Positions 59,743-64,000 of a stretch of DNA of 64,000 bases are shown here, piece after piece (the stretch's first letter is position 1; each line of letters begins with the position of its first letter). The stretch comes from Eubacteriales bacterium (GTDB lineage: Bacteria; Bacillota; Clostridia; Oscillospirales; QAKW01), in the NCBI GenBank assembly GCA_045636365.1, contig JAZTXG010000013.1, forward strand, positions 212,066 through 276,065, read 5' to 3'. Below the pieces are notes generated by a model that was given only the letters and a program-made list of their open reading frames with translations, made no database searches and had not been told where the DNA came from. Made by a program: the position numbers and the translations under genes.

Positions 59743-60339
59743 TCATTCTTCCGTAGAAACGTTTTGCTCATCCGAGCTAAGCACATCGTCAAAGGATTGC
59801 TGACCTTCCACTTCATCACCGGGCAATTCCAGCCGCGGAAGTTCGGGCAAATCCTCCAAAGATTTCAGCCCAAAGCAGCGCAAAAAGTCCATGGTTGTCC
59901 CATAAAGCCAAGGGCGACCGGGCGCGTCTAAGCGACCTTTTTCTTCAATCAAGCCTTTTTCCACCAAAGCATTGATTCCATAAAAGCAATCCACACCGCG
60001 GATTTGCTCCACATATGCTTTGGTAACCGGTTGGTTATATGCAACGATGGACAAAATTTCCAAAGCCGCATTGGAAAGCGGAGTGTTTCTGCGATGATCC
60101 AATGCTTTTTTGGTGATTTCTCCATAATAACGAGAGGAACACATTTGATATGTATTATCCAGCGCGAGAATATCAAACCCGCGGTTTTCGGCGCGATATC
60201 CTTCCCGCAATTCCTCAATAATCATTTCCAATCGCTCGCCCTCAATTTCGAGCACTTCTGCCAGCTTGCGCTTTTCAATCGGTTCTCCGCTGGCGAAGAG
60301 AATGGACTCCACCGCGCCGCTCATATAATTCAATTCCAT
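59743..60339 (-). CDS. scpB: Segregation and condensation protein B
   Basis: VESILFASGEPI...LEILSIVAYNQPVTKAYVEQIRGV winged-helix repeats. Confidence 0.85.
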   Translation of the reverse strand: MELNYMSGAVESILFASGEPIEKRKLAEVLEIEGERLEMIIEELREGYRAENRGFDILALDNTYQMCSSRYYGEITKKALDHRRNTPLSNAALEILSIVAYNQPVTKAYVEQIRGVDCFYGINALVEKGLIEEKGRLDAPGRPWLYGTTMDFLRCFGLKSLEDLPELPRLELPGDEVEGQQSFDDVLSSDEQNVSTEE

Positions 60340-60340
60340 A

Positions 60341-61054
60341 TTATTTCTCCTTCTTAAAGGTCAAATACAAATCGTCGGCCTTTTCTTCCATAACAACATG
60401 CTCCGATTTTGAAAGTTCCAATACCGCCAAAAAGGTTGCGACGATTTCCGACCGACTTTTAACCCCGCTAAACAGGCTGCGGAAACTACAGGTCAGCTTC
60501 CGTTTCAATGTACGCAACACACCGATAATACGCGCAGGAACACTGGCAATCGGATGCCCCACAATTCCAGCAAAACTTTTTAACGGCGGAGGCAATGCGT
60601 GATTGCTTCTGCGCAACACATTTCGATATGCCTCGGTAAGAACGTTCGTTTCATAATTCAGTTTATGCGTTTTATCGAATTCCAGCTGCTCTGTCTTGCG
60701 AACATAGGTGATCCCTGCATTTTTTTGATCATTTCTCAATGTATCAAGAATCGCCTTATACCGTTTATATTCGGCCAACGCCTCTGCAAGGCTCATCCGA
60801 GGATCTTCCTCTTCGTTCTCCGCTTTAGGCAGAAGCATTCGTGATTTGATCAGCATCAAATGAGCAGCCATTTCGATAAACTCACTGGAAACTTCAAGGT
60901 CCATCTTTTTCAGATCCTCGATATATTCCATATACTGCTCTAAAATCAGCGAAATGGGAATATCATAAATCGATACTTTATTCTTAGAAATCAGATGCAA
61001 CAGCAACTCCAAAGGTCCGCTAAAGACCTCTAGGGAAAATTTTAATTGTTCCAT
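60341..61054 (-). CDS. scpA: Segregation and condensation protein A
   Basis: FSGPLELLLHLISKNKVSIYDIPISLILEQY. Confidence 0.85.
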   Translation of the reverse strand: MEQLKFSLEVFSGPLELLLHLISKNKVSIYDIPISLILEQYMEYIEDLKKMDLEVSSEFIEMAAHLMLIKSRMLLPKAENEEEDPRMSLAEALAEYKRYKAILDTLRNDQKNAGITYVRKTEQLEFDKTHKLNYETNVLTEAYRNVLRRSNHALPPPLKSFAGIVGHPIASVPARIIGVLRTLKRKLTCSFRSLFSGVKSRSEIVATFLAVLELSKSEHVVMEEKADDLYLTFKKEK

Positions 61055-61063
61055 GCTTTCTCC

Positions 61064-61735
61064 TTAAATCAAAAACCAAAATATTAACGACCAAAGACGG
61101 AATAAAATGTTGGTCACAATCGATTGCACACCCGAGATAATCCATCCGAAAATATCGGGAACAATCGCAATGTAGTTTGGCAAAATAAGCAACGCAATAA
61201 AGACAACCTGAACAATGTTGCCGTATTGCGCCATAAAAGATGCATAACGCGGAAAATAATAACTGACAATTCTCGAACCATCCAACGGCGCAATGGGAAT
61301 CAGATTAAACACCGCTAAGCTAATGTTCATAAAAGTTAAGTAATAGAACAACAGCACCAAGTAAGCCGGAAAGGCAAAAACAACGCTAAGGAAATACAGC
61401 AGCGATGCAATGATACATAAAGCCAAATTAGAGATTGGACCCGCAATGGCTGTATACATCATACCCTTACGGGGATTTTCGAAATACATCGGATTTACGC
61501 GTACCGGCTTTGCCCATCCAAAATGGACAAGCAGCATGACAATAAAGCCGATAATATCAATATGATTCAACGGATTTAGCGATAATCGCTTATCATAACG
61601 CGGTGTTGGGTCTCCCAACTTCACCGCCACCCAGGCGTGGGAAAATTCATGAACTGTCAGCGAAATCACCACAGCGGGAATCAAATATAATAAGTCGAAT
61701 AAAAATCCATCAAACAATTCAGCCAATCGCTCCAT
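61064..61735 (-). CDS. M50 (site-2 protease family) membrane metalloprotease
   Basis: HEFSHAWVA HExxH and NLIPIAPLDGSR motifs. Confidence 0.75.
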   Translation of the reverse strand: MERLAELFDGFLFDLLYLIPAVVISLTVHEFSHAWVAVKLGDPTPRYDKRLSLNPLNHIDIIGFIVMLLVHFGWAKPVRVNPMYFENPRKGMMYTAIAGPISNLALCIIASLLYFLSVVFAFPAYLVLLFYYLTFMNISLAVFNLIPIAPLDGSRIVSYYFPRYASFMAQYGNIVQVVFIALLILPNYIAIVPDIFGWIISGVQSIVTNILFRLWSLIFWFLI

Positions 61736-62330
61736 TTCCTTCTCCTTCGGAAATGCGTTCCATTTCCTTCACCAATTCTTCGCGCCCGAGCTTGGTTTTT
61801 GAGGAAAATGCCAAAATCTTATTCGGATGAAACTCAGCATAAACCTCTTTTAATGCTTCTAAATTTTCTGCGGCCGCTGTTTTAGAAAGCTTATCCGCCT
61901 TGGTGGCGACAATCCAATAAGGAATCCCCGCCTGCTCTAAAAAGACCGCCATCTCCATATCCGCTTCGGAGGGGCCATGGCGCAAATCAACCAAAGAAAC
62001 TGCCAATTTTTTATCGCTTGCATAATTGAAGTATGCTTGCATAAACCGCGCCCATTTATCCTTTTCGGCCTGCGAAACGCGAGCATAACCATACCCCGGA
62101 AGATCCACCAAGAAAAGCTTGCGGTCAATTTCATAGTAATTGATCGTGGCCGTTTTTCCCGGCTTTTCCGAAGTTCGCGCCAAGGACTTTCTACCCAAAA
62201 GGCAATTAATCATCGAACTTTTTCCAACATTCGATCTGCCGCAAAACAATATTTCCGGCAATCCGTTTTGAAATTGCGAAGGGCGTACCGCCGAAATTTT
62301 CAATTGGACCAATTGAAGATTTAAACCCAT
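61719..62330 (-). CDS. engB: Ribosome biogenesis GTPase EngB/YsxC
   Basis: GRSNVGKSSMIN G1, DLPGYG G3, TKADK G4; follows lon as in Bacillus. Confidence 0.85.
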   Translation of the reverse strand: MGLNLQLVQLKISAVRPSQFQNGLPEILFCGRSNVGKSSMINCLLGRKSLARTSEKPGKTATINYYEIDRKLFLVDLPGYGYARVSQAEKDKWARFMQAYFNYASDKKLAVSLVDLRHGPSEADMEMAVFLEQAGIPYWIVATKADKLSKTAAAENLEALKEVYAEFHPNKILAFSSKTKLGREELVKEMERISEGEGNGAIG

Positions 62331-64000
62331 GTCTTATTCCCCACATCTTTGTTATCAATTTTATTCGGTGTGCATACAAACGTCTTTTTCTTCTTCTCAG
62401 TGAGACCGAGAACATCAGCAAGAACTTCGTTCGCATGAGAAACCGGAACAAAAGTAATCGCTTTTCGAACTACAGGATCGATCTTCTCCAAATCCTTAAC
62501 ATTATCCTTAGGAATGAAGACCTTTTTAATTCCATTCTTATACGCGGCCATCGTTTTTTCGCGCAAGCCGCCAATGGCAAGAACTCTTCCGGTCAGAGTG
62601 ATTTCTCCGGTCATTGCCACTTTATTATCCGCAGGGATTCCTGTCAACGCCGAGCAAACAGCAGTCGCGATCGTGATCCCCGCGCTGGGACCATCCTTCG
62701 GGACAGCACCTTCGGGGAAATGAATATGAAGGTCTTTGTTTTTATAGAAATCATAGCTGACATTCATTCGATCGGCAACACTGCGCAGATAAGAAACCGC
62801 TGTTCGAGCGCTTTCTTTCATCACATCGCCCAAGCTACCGGTCAGCTCTAATTTGCCGCTGCCTTCCAATGCAGAAACTTCAACCGTAAGCATTTCTCCG
62901 CCAACAGCGGTCCACGCTAAGCCGTTGACAATACCAAAGCAATCGGAATCGTAAAGCGCCTCATCCTTATATTTTTTGGCACCCAGCAACGATTCCACTT
63001 GCGCGACTCCGACCGTAAGACTCTTTTGACCGTTTTCAACGATTTGCAAAGCGGCTTTTCGCATCAATTTACCGATAACCCGCTCCAGCTCACGCACACC
63101 GGATTCTCGGGTATAGCCGTCAATCAAAATACGCAATGCCGCGTCGGTAATTTTAATTTGGGATGCACTCAGACCATGCGTTTTTCTCTGCTTTGGAATC
63201 AAATACTGCTTTGCGATATGATATTTTTCCTCATCCAGATACGAGGAAAGTTCAATCACTTCCATGCGTTCCAGCAGCGGGCGCGGAATGGTATCTAATG
63301 TATTCGCGGTCATAATAAAGAATGCCTGAGAAAGATCCATAGGCACATCGATAAAATGGTCCACATAATTGCAGTTCTGCTCGCTATCCAACACCTCAAG
63401 TAAGGCTGAGGCGGGGTCGCCGCGAAGATCAGAACACATTTTATCCACTTCATCCAAAAGAATCAGCGGGTTGCTGCTGCCCGATTTAATCACTGCGTCA
63501 GCAATGCGCCCGGGCATCGATCCGATGTATGTTTTGCGATGACCGCGGATCTCTGCCTCATCGTGAACACCACCCAAGCTGACACGCGCCAACTTACGAT
63601 TGGTCGCTGTGGCAATACTACGCGCAATAGAAGTCTTGCCGACACCGGGAGGGCCTACCAAACAAAGAATTTGACCGCCGACCGCATTAAGCGAGCGAAC
63701 GGCAAGAAATTCCAAAACTCGGGTCTTTACCTCTTCCAACCCATAATGATCCTCTTCTAAAATCTTGCGTGCCTCTTTAATGTTCAGGTTTTCTTCGGTA
63801 TATATGCCAAAAGGCACTTCCAAAACAATATCCAGATAGCTTCGTATGATCGCGCCTTCATGGGAAAGGGGCGGCATCTTTGCCATTCGCTCCACTTCCT
63901 TGCGCAGCTTCACTTTAATCTCTTCCGCGGCATTTAAGGCATCAACCTTATCAAAGTACTCATTTACTTCGTCTCCGCCTTCTCCTTCGCCCAATTCATC
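62321..64000 (-). CDS. lon: ATP-dependent Lon protease, C-terminal about 560 aa (N-terminus outside window)
   Basis: Frame open to the window edge; Walker A GPPGVGKTS, protease PKDGPSAGITIATA. Confidence 0.9.
   Translation of the reverse strand, partial: DELGEGEGGDEVNEYFDKVDALNAAEEIKVKLRKEVERMAKMPPLSHEGAIIRSYLDIVLEVPFGIYTEENLNIKEARKILEEDHYGLEEVKTRVLEFLAVRSLNAVGGQILCLVGPPGVGKTSIARSIATATNRKLARVSLGGVHDEAEIRGHRKTYIGSMPGRIADAVIKSGSSNPLILLDEVDKMCSDLRGDPASALLEVLDSEQNCNYVDHFIDVPMDLSQAFFIMTANTLDTIPRPLLERMEVIELSSYLDEEKYHIAKQYLIPKQRKTHGLSASQIKITDAALRILIDGYTRESGVRELERVIGKLMRKAALQIVENGQKSLTVGVAQVESLLGAKKYKDEALYDSDCFGIVNGLAWTAVGGEMLTVEVSALEGSGKLELTGSLGDVMKESARTAVSYLRSVADRMNVSYDFYKNKDLHIHFPEGAVPKDGPSAGITIATAVCSALTGIPADNKVAMTGEITLTGRVLAIGGLREKTMAAYKNGIKKVFIPKDNVKDLEKIDPVVRKAITFVPVSHANEVLADVLGLTEKKKKTFVCTPNKIDNKDVGNKTWV

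Overview
This is a 64 kb chromosomal segment from an endospore-forming, anaerobic Firmicute (class Clostridia). The taxon call rests on sigG, a SpoVM-like micro-ORF, a LysM/DUF3794 SipL-like gene, ytfJ/gerW, dacB and an electron-bifurcating [FeFe] hydrogenase. Nearly all genes are housekeeping and most lie on the minus strand. I saw no CRISPR array, IS element, integrase, prophage block or recognisable defence/toxin system.

Gene content from left to right:
- a truncated glycopolymer phospho-decoration locus (ThDP enzyme, TagD-like fusion, LicD)
- madLM transporter, tRNA-Thr, nrdR, cdaA-cdaR, a cysteine desulfurase pair, a mecA-like gene and sigG
- a P-loop NTPase, GT2 and PAP2 group, and a parvulin
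- a 10-gene hydrogenase cluster, with hydABC structural genes preceded by a DRTGG / GHKL kinase / HydS-like / PHP regulatory block
- serC-serA and dusB
- the rpmG-secE-nusG-rplKAJL cluster with an L10 leader
- gatB, ligA, hemZ-like, dtd, relA and recJ
- a sporulation cluster, a VanY-like peptidase, two paralogous membrane proteins, folD, lgt and an M16 peptidase pair
- a GHL10-amidase fusion, lipoproteins, rluB, dacB, ytfJ, scpBA, an M50 protease, engB and lon (truncated at the window edge)

Three conserved genes fall below the ORF-track size cutoff and were recovered by hand: rpmG, a SpoVM-like 24-aa peptide and a 51-aa membrane peptide.

The items most worth follow-up:
1. A 221-nt highly structured intergenic element upstream of recJ. 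It is a rod with a central bubble, so it is a 6S-RNA-like candidate, but it could also be a MITE or nested terminators.
2. The PAS-less HydS-type sensor module, which has no DNA-binding output encoded nearby.
3. The non-canonical TSCSPGW H-cluster motif in HydA.
4. The TagD-Gfo/Idh/MocA fusion sitting next to an ALS-like ThDP enzyme and LicD.

All protein calls come from motif and family recognition by eye. No BLAST, HMM or Rfam search was possible, and the start codons I adjusted are inferences from RBS spacing and homolog N-termini.
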